Part shown: positions 16,519 through 25,067 of the stretch, piece after piece
Layout: every line of letters begins with the position of its first letter
Numbering within the stretch: position 1 is the stretch's first letter
Assembly (NCBI RefSeq): GCF_000009705.1
Contig: NC_003276.1
Location: forward strand, 240,001 to 272,000
DNA from: Nostoc sp. PCC 7120 = FACHB-418
GTDB taxonomy: Bacteria > Cyanobacteriota > Cyanobacteriia > Cyanobacteriales > Nostocaceae
DNA: 32,000 nucleotides
Direction: 5' to 3'
Translations under genes and position numbers: made by a program
Notes under the pieces: model-generated
The model's database searches: none
What the model was told of the DNA's origin: nothing
What the model saw: only the letters and a program-made list of their open reading frames with translations

Positions 16519-17169
16519 TTAATCAACTGCTCCATCAAAAATTTCTTCTTCATCCGAAATATCTGACCACTCCTCGTCCCATGCCTGCTCGTTGTAGACC
16601 TTAGTAGCTTGAGCAATTTTCAGGCGATGAGCAACCGAAACACAATTCCTTGGTTGCCAACCGATGTTCGGGTATTTACCTTGCAGATATCTCACAGCAT
16701 TCTGACAGTCATTAATTACTGGGATGTCTAAGTTTAAATGTCTTCGTAACCCAATGCCTAAACGAATTGCCTCAATCTCATGGTTGTGAAAGTAGTATTC
16801 TTCATCTTCAGGAGTAGAAATTGTGAGTATTCGTACCCAAGAATGAATATCATAGACAGCTTTTGCTACAACTACATTGAATTGTTGAGGCTTGTAGTTA
16901 TCTAAAAACTTATCCACAGCAACTTCATCTTCCAAATCAATATCTACACCCTGTGCGGATATTAAATCAGAGATATCATCAAGACTTTCAACAAACGATT
17001 CACGCCAATCTTGAATGCTTTGGGTGCTAAAAAATTGAGTCGCATCATCAAATGATATTTTTTCCCAGCCTGCATCTGTAGTTATCTGCTGGCTAGTTTT
17101 AGGGATAAACAGATTCTCGTGCGCTAACCACGGGGGGACATTCTTTTGCTTTTTCTTATGTTTACCCAT
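16519..17169 (-). CDS. Hypothetical acidic protein, transcribed divergently from the DNA-binding gene
   Basis: The start is moved to the ATG at 17169 (MGKHKKKQKN...), because the 49 upstream codons of the tracked ORF look non-coding. The product is 216 aa and very rich in Asp/Glu, with a DEEWSDISDEEE tail. Function unknown. A DNA-mimic or anti-restriction role is only a guess. Confidence 0.55.
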   Translation of the reverse strand: MGKHKKKQKNVPPWLAHENLFIPKTSQQITTDAGWEKISFDDATQFFSTQSIQDWRESFVESLDDISDLISAQGVDIDLEDEVAVDKFLDNYKPQQFNVVVAKAVYDIHSWVRILTISTPEDEEYYFHNHEIEAIRLGIGLRRHLNLDIPVINDCQNAVRYLQGKYPNIGWQPRNCVSVAHRLKIAQATKVYNEQAWDEEWSDISDEEEIFDGAVD

Positions 17170-17307
17170 AGTCAGAAGAAATGCAAATATATAAGAATCA
17201 AATGAAAAACCCCAACCTAAAAAAAGGATGGGGATATATGAAAACGTTTCTACTATGATGATACAAGTAAATAGCTGTTCAACCACCTTCAGTCTGGAGG
17301 TGGTAGC

Positions 17308-18237
17308 ATGAACCAACCTCCCAGCAAGCGCAAAAGACTCACGCCTACAACTACCGATAAACCAAAGCCAGCACTAAAGCCAGCACAAGAGGCGGAAAAT
17401 CCTAGCGCAGTCACTGTTGATATAGAGGCGGTCGAAGTGCCAGAGATGACCGAGGAGGAACAGCGCGATCGCCTGAACTTGGAGCGCAAGGTAGAGAGAG
17501 CGTTTGTGGAAGCGGGGAAAGCGTTAATGGAATTGCGCGATCGCCGGCTGTATCGAAATACGCACAAAACATTTGAGGAATATTGCCGCGATCGCTTTGG
17601 ATATAGCCGTGATGCTGCATACTTGAAGATGTCAGCGACGAATGTATATGAGAATATTCAGAAACATTTGCCGACCAATGGTCGGCAGATACCAATGCCG
17701 ACCAATGAGCGCCAATTGCGTTCTTTGGCTAAGGCCGAGTTAGAACCGAAAGTTCAGGCTAAAGTATGGCGGCAAGCAGTCCAAGAAGCGAAAGGTAAAA
17801 CCCCATCTGGTCGAATAGTTCAGGATGTTATAGACCGGATACGCGATCGCACTTCTGTACCCAATCCCTACCAAGTAGGTGAAATTTGCGTTCTGCATCC
17901 TAAAGACAACCCCGACTTGAGGGGCAAAAGTGGCTACTGGGGTGTAGTAACTCATGTAGGTGAGTATAGTTGCACAGTCAAGTGCTGGGATGGCGACTAT
18001 ACAGCCAAAGTTGAGCATTTGAAATCTCTGGAATTACTAGAAGATGATTGTAAATTCATGCAGCAGCTATGCGAAAGACTGCGGCGGTTGCATGAGGTAG
18101 CCGTGCGGGATGAGGCAGTAGATTGGCTGTTGCAAGGATTGGGGAAACAGTCTAAACCGTATTTGTCTGCATTGCAGGCGAAGCTGTTGGCGGCGGTGGA
18201 AAAGGAGTATAACTTGATTTGGAGGCAACAGAAGTGA
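17308..18237 (+). CDS. Plasmid/phage-type DNA-binding protein (DUF3102/ParB-like HTH region) with a C-terminal small beta-barrel-like domain
   Basis: GGAGG lies 7 nt upstream of the ATG. FVEAGKALMELRDRRLYRNTHKTFEEYCRDRFGYSRDAAYLKMSA is the motif I associate with DUF3102/ParB-like HTH proteins of plasmids and phages. The C-terminal 120 aa are repeated as a paralog fragment at 31225-31632. Confidence 0.75.
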   Translation: MNQPPSKRKRLTPTTTDKPKPALKPAQEAENPSAVTVDIEAVEVPEMTEEEQRDRLNLERKVERAFVEAGKALMELRDRRLYRNTHKTFEEYCRDRFGYSRDAAYLKMSATNVYENIQKHLPTNGRQIPMPTNERQLRSLAKAELEPKVQAKVWRQAVQEAKGKTPSGRIVQDVIDRIRDRTSVPNPYQVGEICVLHPKDNPDLRGKSGYWGVVTHVGEYSCTVKCWDGDYTAKVEHLKSLELLEDDCKFMQQLCERLRRLHEVAVRDEAVDWLLQGLGKQSKPYLSALQAKLLAAVEKEYNLIWRQQK

Positions 18238-18824
18238 TGCAGGTGCGGTTCGTTCTTGCTAAGAGCTTCTAGAAAATAGAAGGGTATGAGCAAGGTATAT
18301 TTTGAAAGCTACTTTCAAAATGTATAACTGTTCTTTTGATGTAGGTGAGCTAAGTAACATAGAACGGCAAGCCCTACCCTTGAAGAGGTCAAGTGACTCC
18401 CTACCTGCCCACAGTGACCATACTCGGAATTATGGAGGCTGAAGCTGGGAACAGGACGCAATCAGTTGTAAAACAAGCAGGTAACAACACTGGCGTTAAC
18501 GGGGAGATGGCATGAGTAAACAAGTCCTAGAAAAGTGTCTTAACGTTAAGCTGCAACCTGGAATCAAAATGCAGACTTCATCTTCTATATTCCCGCAGCA
18601 AAACTGTATATTAGCTGCAATACCTCAAGGGGAGAAGATAGGCAAAGTGGACTGCTCTAAACCATCAAATCAATCAAAAGAACGGAACGAATAAAAACGC
18701 CATAGAGGTCTAGGGGAAGGTCGAATCCCTGGTAAGTATGACGAGATACAGAATTCCTCTATAGCGGGTAGGACAGAGCGTAACTGCTCTGAGGTGTTCA
18801 GAAAACGCGATCTGGGAGTAAAGC

Positions 18825-19211
18825 ATGGTTAGACACAGCGCCAAAGCTAGTGAACTTTGGAAATCACTACCCTGGAAGAAATTTCGGGCGAACCTTTTCC
18901 GCTTACAAAAGAGAGTGTTTAAAGCTGTTCGAGTAGGAGACAAGCGCAAAGCTAGGTCACTACAAAAGCTGATTCTGAAATCCAAAGCAGCTAGGTTTCT
19001 GGCGATTCGTCAAGTAACTCAGCTAAACGCTGGTAAAAACACTGCTGGTATTGATGGTAAAACTGCCTTAACTCATGAGGAGAGATTTAACCTCGAAGTG
19101 CTGTTAAGACAGCAAGATTGGTATCACAACAAACTCAGGATGATACCAATTCCCAAGAAAGATGGTTCCATCAGATACCTCAAGATTCCCACTATTGCGG
19201 ATAGAGCTTGG
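18825..19211 (+). CDS. Outer-intron reverse transcriptase/maturase, part 1 (129 codons), interrupted by the inner intron
   Basis: MVRHSAKASELWKSLPWKKF...IPTIADRAW is collinear with the inner RT up to ADRCW. After 19211 the tracked ORF reads intron sequence (VRFVV*). Confidence 0.85.
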
Positions 19212-19759
19212 GTGCGATTCGTTGTTTAGTGAATCACGGTATAAAGTCCGTACATAACTAAGCCAACTGTAATTAAAATTACGGTTGAACTCTCAAATTG
19301 ATGAAGGTGCAAGTCCTTCCCGCTAGATTCAAGCGTGACTCCTTATCTGCCCACACTGAGTAAGCTCAATTCTTACAGGGTGAAGCTGGGAACAGGGCGC
19401 AATCAGACGGCTGTTATGGGCTGACACTGGTGCTAATAGGGAGTTCCTACGGTGAAACAGAGCCTAAAAAAGTAACCCACTGTCAAGCAGGGCATAAACA
19501 TTAAAAGCCTGACTTTATCAGAGTTTAAACCCGCAGCATAACCAGGCAATAGCTGCAAGAATCTTGGGTTTCTGATGGTTAAAGTGGCTACACCTAAAGG
19601 AACAAGTAATCATCTGAGGGAACGAATAAAAACGATTTGAGAGTCATGGATACGTCGATTTTCCATGTAGGTGAGGTGAGACACGGAAATCTCTCAAGCT
19701 GGGTAGGATGCAGCGTAATTGCTGCAAGGTATTCAGAAAAACACTTAGCGGAGAAGAGC

Positions 19760-21334
19760 ATGATTAGGCACAGTGTAAAAGCTAGTGAATCTTGGAAGAA
19801 TCTACCGTGGAAGAAATTTCGCAGGGATTTATTTCGCCTACAACGACGAGTGTTCAAAGCAGTTCAAGCAGGAAACAAGCGGAAAGCTCGGTTTTTGCAA
19901 AAACTTATTCTGAAATCGAAAGCGGGCAGATTTTTGGCAATTCGTCAAATATCTCAACTAAATGCTGGTAAGAAAACGGCAGGTATTGATGGTGTTAAAT
20001 CCCTAGATTTTAATGGGCGTTTCGAGTTAGAAATTACGCTAAAACAATCAAGTGGAAACTGGCATCATCAAGAACTACGGGAAATCCCAATTCCTAAAAA
20101 GGACGGGACTACCAGGATGCTTAAAATTCCAACTATCGCGGATAGGTGTTGGCAATGCCTCGCCAAATACGCTTTAGAACCAGCACACGAAGCAACCTTC
20201 CACGCTCGGAGCTACGGTTTTAGGACTGGACGTGCGGCACATGATGCCCAACAATTCCTGTTTTCTAACTTAAGTTCCAAAGCAAAAAGAATATCTAAGC
20301 GAGTAATCGAGCTTGATATCGAAAAGTGCTTCGACAGGATAAACCACTCAACCATCATGGAAAATTTGATAGCCCCAAAAGGTATCAAACTTGGTATCTA
20401 CCGATGCTTAAAAGCAGGGATAAATCCAGAATTTCCAGAACAGGGAACGCCCCAAGGTGGAGTGGTAAGTCCATTATTAGCCAACATCGCTCTCAATGGG
20501 ATTGAAAGTATTCACAGATATCATAAAGATAATCAAAGAATCACTAACAAAACCCCGGAATCAGACATTAGATACCCATCTGTTCGGTATGCCGACGATA
20601 TGGTAATAGTGCTTAGACCTCAAGACGATGCTAATGAGATACTTGCCAAAATTGAGGATTTTCTAAACGCACGGGGAATGAAGGTAAGTGCTAAGAAAAC
20701 CAAGATAACCGCTACGACAGATGGTTTTGACTTCCTTGGCTGGCACATCATTGTGCAAAGCAACGGAAAATTTAACTGCACTCCCTCAGAGGAGAATTTT
20801 AAAAAGTTTCGTCAGAAGGTAAAAGCTATCGTTAATTGCTCGAATTATGGTTCGTCTGTAAAAGCCGAAAAGCTCGCACCAATAGTTAGAGGATGGAGAA
20901 ATTACCATAGGTTCTGTGATATGTCAGGGTCAAGGTTCTCACTTTGGTTCCTTAGTAAACGGACACATACGGTATTTAACAAGGAAACGAAGAACGACCA
21001 CGAATCAAGTATAAAACTTGCACAAAAGGCATTCCCAAAAGTTCCTTGCTTCCAAAACTCCTATGTCATGGTCAAAGGTGATAAATCACCTTACGACGGA
21101 GACTTAACGTACTGGAGCGAACGCAATAGCAAGCTCTATGACGGGGAAACCTCTAAAACTATTAAAAAGCAAAACCATACGTGTGGATACTGTGGCTTAA
21201 AGTGTACAAGTGAAGAACGAGTACACTTACACCATATAGATGGAAACCACAAAAATCGGAAACCCAAAAACCTGATTGTTGTGCATGAGTCGTGCCACGA
21301 TTATATCCACATGGGCAAAAGGGTAACACCCTAA
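19760..21334 (+). CDS. Inner-intron-encoded protein: reverse transcriptase, maturase (X) and HNH endonuclease
   Basis: The start is set at ATG 19760 (MIRHSVKASESWKNLPWKKF), by homology with the outer RT start. RT motifs include PQGGVVSPLLANIALNG and RYADDMVIV. The C-terminal HNH region is CGYCG...HLHHIDGNHKN...VHESCHDYIH. Confidence 0.9.
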   Translation: MIRHSVKASESWKNLPWKKFRRDLFRLQRRVFKAVQAGNKRKARFLQKLILKSKAGRFLAIRQISQLNAGKKTAGIDGVKSLDFNGRFELEITLKQSSGNWHHQELREIPIPKKDGTTRMLKIPTIADRCWQCLAKYALEPAHEATFHARSYGFRTGRAAHDAQQFLFSNLSSKAKRISKRVIELDIEKCFDRINHSTIMENLIAPKGIKLGIYRCLKAGINPEFPEQGTPQGGVVSPLLANIALNGIESIHRYHKDNQRITNKTPESDIRYPSVRYADDMVIVLRPQDDANEILAKIEDFLNARGMKVSAKKTKITATTDGFDFLGWHIIVQSNGKFNCTPSEENFKKFRQKVKAIVNCSNYGSSVKAEKLAPIVRGWRNYHRFCDMSGSRFSLWFLSKRTHTVFNKETKNDHESSIKLAQKAFPKVPCFQNSYVMVKGDKSPYDGDLTYWSERNSKLYDGETSKTIKKQNHTCGYCGLKCTSEERVHLHHIDGNHKNRKPKNLIVVHESCHDYIHMGKRVTP

Positions 21335-21343
21335 GAATATCGG

Positions 21344-21377
21344 AAGCTGGGTGCGGCGAAAGTCGCACGCCCAGATT
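21344..21377 (+). ncRNA. Group II intron domain V (inner intron)
   Basis: AAGCTGGGTGCGGC-GAAA-GTCGCACGCCCAGATT: a 34-nt hairpin with the AGC triad, a GAAA tetraloop and a 2-nt bulge on the 3' strand. A domain VI-like hairpin with a bulged A follows. Confidence 0.8.
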
Positions 21378-21420
21378 TAACAGAGAGGTGCGGCGGATAA
21401 TACCGCCCATCGACTCTAAC

Positions 21421-22620
21421 CAATGCCTAGCGAAATATGCACTAGAGCCAGCACACGAAGCAACTTTCCATGAACATAGCTATGGATTTAGACCCGGACG
21501 CTCTACCCATGATGCCCAAAGTCAGATAGCCAACTATCTAGCATCCAGTAAAGGAGGCATCAACAAGAGAATCCTTGAGCTTGACATAGAAAAATGCTTC
21601 GATAGGATAAATCACTCCACCATAATGTCCAACCTTATCGCCCCACAAGGGCTAAAACAGGGAATATTCCGAGCATTAAAGGCAGGAATAAACCCAGAAT
21701 TTCCCGAACAAGGAACACCTCAAGGTGGTGTGGTAAGTCCATTATTAGCAAACATCGCCTTAAATGGTATCGAGGATTTACACCAATACCACGACTGCAA
21801 TTATAAGAAAATAACACCAAGTACACCGGAAAGGAACATCAAGAAAGCTTGTGTAAGATACGCCGATGATATGGTGTTCTTCTTAAGACCAGAAGACGAT
21901 GCAGAAGAAATACTTGAGAAAATCAGCCAATTCCTAGCACAAAGAGGACTAAAGATCAGCGAGAAAAAGACCAAGCTAACCGCCTCGACAGATGGATTTG
22001 ACTTTCTAGGCTGGAATTTCTATGTACAGCAAAACGGAAAGTTTAGATGTGTTCCCTCAGAGGAAAACTACAAAGCATTCCGTAAGAAAGTTAAGAAAAT
22101 CGTCAACTGCTCGAATTATGGTGCTAAGGTGAAAGCCGAAAAACTTGCGCCAATAGTTAGAGGATGGAGACAATATCATAAGTTCTGCAAAATGGATGGG
22201 TCACGTTTCAGACTATGGCACACCAGAGATAGAGCTTTTAGAGTATTCAACAAAGAAACCAAACAGGATAGGCACTCAGCCGAAAAACTCACACAAGAGG
22301 CATTCCCCACGGTTCCTTACTCCGAAAACGCCCATATCAAAGTCAAAGGTAATAAATCGCCCTTTGATGGAGACTTAACTTACTGGAGCAAAAGAAACAG
22401 TAAATTATACGACGGCAGAACCTCAAAACTATTACAAAAGCAGCATCATACCTGTGGATACTGTGGATTAAGTATGCTCTCAGATGAGAGGGTACACCTA
22501 CACCACATAGACAATAATCATAATAACTGGAAGGATTCAAACCTGATAGTAGTACATGAAAGTTGTCACGATTACATCCACATGAGCAAAAGAGGAAGTG
22601 AAATTTATCCAATTCCCTAG
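21421..22620 (+). CDS. Outer-intron reverse transcriptase/maturase/HNH, part 2 (399 codons)
   Basis: It begins QCLAKYALEPAHEATFHEHSYGFRPGRS, in phase with part 1 (387 nt). Motifs include PQGGVVSPLLANIALNG, RYADDMVFF and the HNH region CGYCG...HLHHIDNNHNN...HESCHDYIH. The 43 codons the ORF track places upstream (21292-21420) are inner-intron domains V and VI. Confidence 0.85.
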   Translation, partial: QCLAKYALEPAHEATFHEHSYGFRPGRSTHDAQSQIANYLASSKGGINKRILELDIEKCFDRINHSTIMSNLIAPQGLKQGIFRALKAGINPEFPEQGTPQGGVVSPLLANIALNGIEDLHQYHDCNYKKITPSTPERNIKKACVRYADDMVFFLRPEDDAEEILEKISQFLAQRGLKISEKKTKLTASTDGFDFLGWNFYVQQNGKFRCVPSEENYKAFRKKVKKIVNCSNYGAKVKAEKLAPIVRGWRQYHKFCKMDGSRFRLWHTRDRAFRVFNKETKQDRHSAEKLTQEAFPTVPYSENAHIKVKGNKSPFDGDLTYWSKRNSKLYDGRTSKLLQKQHHTCGYCGLSMLSDERVHLHHIDNNHNNWKDSNLIVVHESCHDYIHMSKRGSEIYPIP

Positions 22621-22686
22621 CGTGAAATCCCGTAATTAGGTGATAGGGAACAAAGATAGAAGGTAACTAACCCCTAAGAACATCGG

Positions 22687-22720
22687 AAGCTGGATGAAAT
22701 GAAAGTTTCACGTCCAGATT
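22687..22720 (+). ncRNA. Group II intron domain V (outer intron)
   Basis: AAGCTGGATGAAAT-GAAA-GTTTCACGTCCAGATT. It has the same architecture as the inner domain V, with four compensatory pair changes in the upper helix. Confidence 0.8.
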
Positions 22721-23246
22721 TAACTGAGAGGTGCGGATGATAATACCTCCCATCGACTCAACCCAATGCTACAAATTAAAAGTAGTAGGAATAGCGGATT
22801 GAAATGGTCGGAGGTCGCGTTATTTTAAAAAACTCTAATTCCTTTCGTGAGCGAAAAGCTATTTAATCAACAATTAGAGTCGGGCTGCGAAGCTTGCCAA
22901 GCAACTGATGTAATCATCTACACCCCGCTAACAAACTGGGCGTATCACATGGTAGACACGAATATTTATAAGTTGGCAACTAAATTATTAAACTAAGAGT
23001 CTTATTCATTATGTAATTCACTTTGCTCTATTAATACTTTGTATGAGTAAAAATATAAAAGCAATTTCTATCGCAATGTTGATATTTGCTTCGATATTAT
23101 CAAAATGGAGAGATTACAGAAAATTGTATCGAATCGTTTAATAAGGTCTGATTTACGTTCTCTGTTTTCTTCAGAATCGGAGTTTGGGGAATAGCTGCAT
23201 TAATTATTTATAAATCTTTTAGAGGTAATAAGGAAATCACATCATA

Positions 23247-25067
23247 ATGACAAAATTTAACTATAAATCATCTCTTTATCTCTTCAATACAATTTTTCTG
23301 ATTTCCCTTACTACTTTGGGAACAATGGTAATGATACCATTTGCTGTTGAATCTAAGATACCAAAGAAAACCTCTAATTCCATCTCTCCTTTTTGCAAAG
23401 TATTATCGGAAAAATTTAGTCCCTTCGGTGCTGCTCCCGATTTATCAGTAGCTTTAGGTAAGGCCATTGCCGAAGGAGGTAATTTGAATCAACCCTGCGA
23501 TATCTTTGGTGAAAAGTGGCTACCGCTCAACTTTTTACTATCCACAGACGAAGAACTGTCTCAGCGTTTAATCCAAACTGGGGTAAATGTAAATGCCAAG
23601 GATGGGAAAGGAGATACTCCCCTACATTATTTAGGAAAATCTGAGAAAAATGCGCGATTACTTCTGAGTAGAGGAGCAAAAGTGAATGTCGGCAACCAAA
23701 ATGGTAATACCCCACTCCATAATCTTTTTGGACAGAAAACCGCTTATGTAATCAAACTTTTGATAGATCGGGGTGCTAAGGTTAATGCTAGAAATCAAGA
23801 GCAAATGACACCGCTACATTTTGCTGCTAATTCCGGAAAAGCTGATATCACGGAGCTATTAATTAGTCGTGGTGGGGATGTAAATGCTCGTAGCACTCAG
23901 AACTGGACACCACTACACTATGGAGCATCAAATTTAGAAGTCGCCAAAAAACTAATCCAAGCAGGTGCTGATCTAACTATCCAAAATCGTGAAGGGGCTG
24001 TGATTCACTCCAGCAGTTTGGAACCAGCAGTACTAAAACTCCTGCTCGATAGGGGAGTTAATGTTAATTTACGCAATCGTCAGGGGCAAACTCCACTCCA
24101 CATTCATCGTTTCCAACCCGCTCTAGTGAAATTGCTATTGGCTCGAAAAGCGCAAGTTAACCTACGAGATGCTCAAGGTAAGACTCCTCTGTACGATGTT
24201 AACCTGGAAGTGGCTCGACAACTGGTTGCGGCTAATGCAGATTTAAATGTTCAAGATAATTTAGGAAGAACACCTCTGCACCAAGCAGTATTGGAGGAAC
24301 AAAGTTTCTTTGGTTCGGAATTAGTAACACTATTTCTCAGTAAAAATGCTAGGGTTGACCTCAAAGATAAGCAAGGTAAGACTGCTCTAGACCTAGCTCG
24401 ACAACTTAATAAAACCCAAATCATTAATTTGTTAGAGCGACATATGGCAACTAAAAATTCTCCTGGTAGTGGAACAAGCACAACCAAAGCAACAGAACAA
24501 CTCCAGCAGTTCCTCAAGTCTAAAAACTGGAGTGCTGCCGATCAAGAAACCCGCCGTCTCTTATCACCTCAAAAAGATCTCTTTGGACTTAACGCTGCCA
24601 CCATACCTCTAGATTTAATTCAAGAGATTGATCGAGCTTGGTTAGTAGCTAGTGATGGAAGGTTTGGACTCAGTGTCCAAGCAAAGATTTGGCAAAAGGT
24701 AATAGCATCTCATCCGAACAATTCCGAAACTGCCGCCAATACCTTTCGCGATCGAGTCGGTTGGAAACTCAAAGTTGCTCGAACCGAAAACGATTTTATC
24801 AGCAGCGACTGGCTGAATGAATCCGAACTCAATTATTCACTGCAAGCTCCTGTCGGACACTTACCCTGGGCTGGTGTTTCAGACGCATCTGTACTATCGC
24901 TTGCAGTTCCTCCCCCTGGAGAACACTGTGGTAGCTGTACCATCGATGCAATGTTTCTGCGAGATGGGCGATTTTATAAATATCTGCCTCAACTTTTTGC
25001 ACGGGTTAAAATGGCATTGAATATGAATGTCAGTAGACCGAAAAGTTTGGCGATCGCTAAAAAATAG
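23247..25067 (+). CDS. Ankyrin-repeat protein with N-terminal signal/anchor and C-terminal GUN4-like domain. The last ~11 codons come from an IS.
   Basis: The N-terminal hydrophobic segment is LYLFNTIFLISLTTLGTMVMIPFA. About 9 ankyrin repeats are present (GDTPLHYL, GNTPLHNL, MTPLHFAANSGKADITELLISRGGDVNAR...). The C-terminal region WSAADQETRRLL...IDRAWLVASDGRFGLSVQAKIW...FRDRVGWK...APVGHLPW matches the GUN4 domain pattern. Confidence 0.85.
   Translation: MTKFNYKSSLYLFNTIFLISLTTLGTMVMIPFAVESKIPKKTSNSISPFCKVLSEKFSPFGAAPDLSVALGKAIAEGGNLNQPCDIFGEKWLPLNFLLSTDEELSQRLIQTGVNVNAKDGKGDTPLHYLGKSEKNARLLLSRGAKVNVGNQNGNTPLHNLFGQKTAYVIKLLIDRGAKVNARNQEQMTPLHFAANSGKADITELLISRGGDVNARSTQNWTPLHYGASNLEVAKKLIQAGADLTIQNREGAVIHSSSLEPAVLKLLLDRGVNVNLRNRQGQTPLHIHRFQPALVKLLLARKAQVNLRDAQGKTPLYDVNLEVARQLVAANADLNVQDNLGRTPLHQAVLEEQSFFGSELVTLFLSKNARVDLKDKQGKTALDLARQLNKTQIINLLERHMATKNSPGSGTSTTKATEQLQQFLKSKNWSAADQETRRLLSPQKDLFGLNAATIPLDLIQEIDRAWLVASDGRFGLSVQAKIWQKVIASHPNNSETAANTFRDRVGWKLKVARTENDFISSDWLNESELNYSLQAPVGHLPWAGVSDASVLSLAVPPPGEHCGSCTIDAMFLRDGRFYKYLPQLFARVKMALNMNVSRPKSLAIAKK

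Larger units (their letters stand above)
19212..21420 (+). mobile_element. Group II intron (inner), 2209 nt, nested in the RT ORF of the outer intron
   Basis: The 5' end is GTGCGATTCGTT at 19212. It carries an intact RT ORF. Domain V is at 21344-21377. The 3' end ..CATCGACTCTAAC finishes at 21420. The flanking sequence resumes the outer RT frame exactly. Confidence 0.88.
18243..22762 (+). mobile_element. Group II intron (outer), 2311 nt once the nested intron is removed
   Basis: The 5' end is GTGCGGTTCGTT at 18243 (GUGYG consensus). Domain I segments are homologous to the inner intron (..GTGACTCCCTACCTGCCCAC.., ..GAAGCTGGGAACAGGACGCAATCAG..). The RT/maturase/HNH ORF sits in domain IV. Domain V is at 22687-22720. 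The 3' end ..CATCGACTCAAC finishes at 22762. Confidence 0.85.

Noticed and set aside
17289-18293. Minus-strand ORFs overlapping the 309-aa DNA-binding gene (17289-17567, 17411-17695, 17740-18018, 17997-18293)
   Set aside because: They are antisense to a gene with a good RBS and recognisable motifs, and their translations are Ser/Cys-rich low-complexity sequence.
19637-19759. TTG-initiated extension of the inner RT ORF
   Set aside because: The homologous outer RT starts at the equivalent ATG (MVRHS versus MIRHS), and the extension lies in intron domain IV RNA.
21292-21420. N-terminal 43 codons of tracked ORF 21292-22620
   Set aside because: This stretch is inner-intron domain V/VI sequence that happens to be open in the outer RT frame. 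Homology to the inner RT begins exactly at 21421.
23044-23142. 32-codon ORF (MSKNIKAISIAMLIFASILSKWRDYRKLYRIV) upstream of the ankyrin gene
   Set aside because: It is too short and AT-rich to tell apart from chance, and there is no RBS or conservation evidence.
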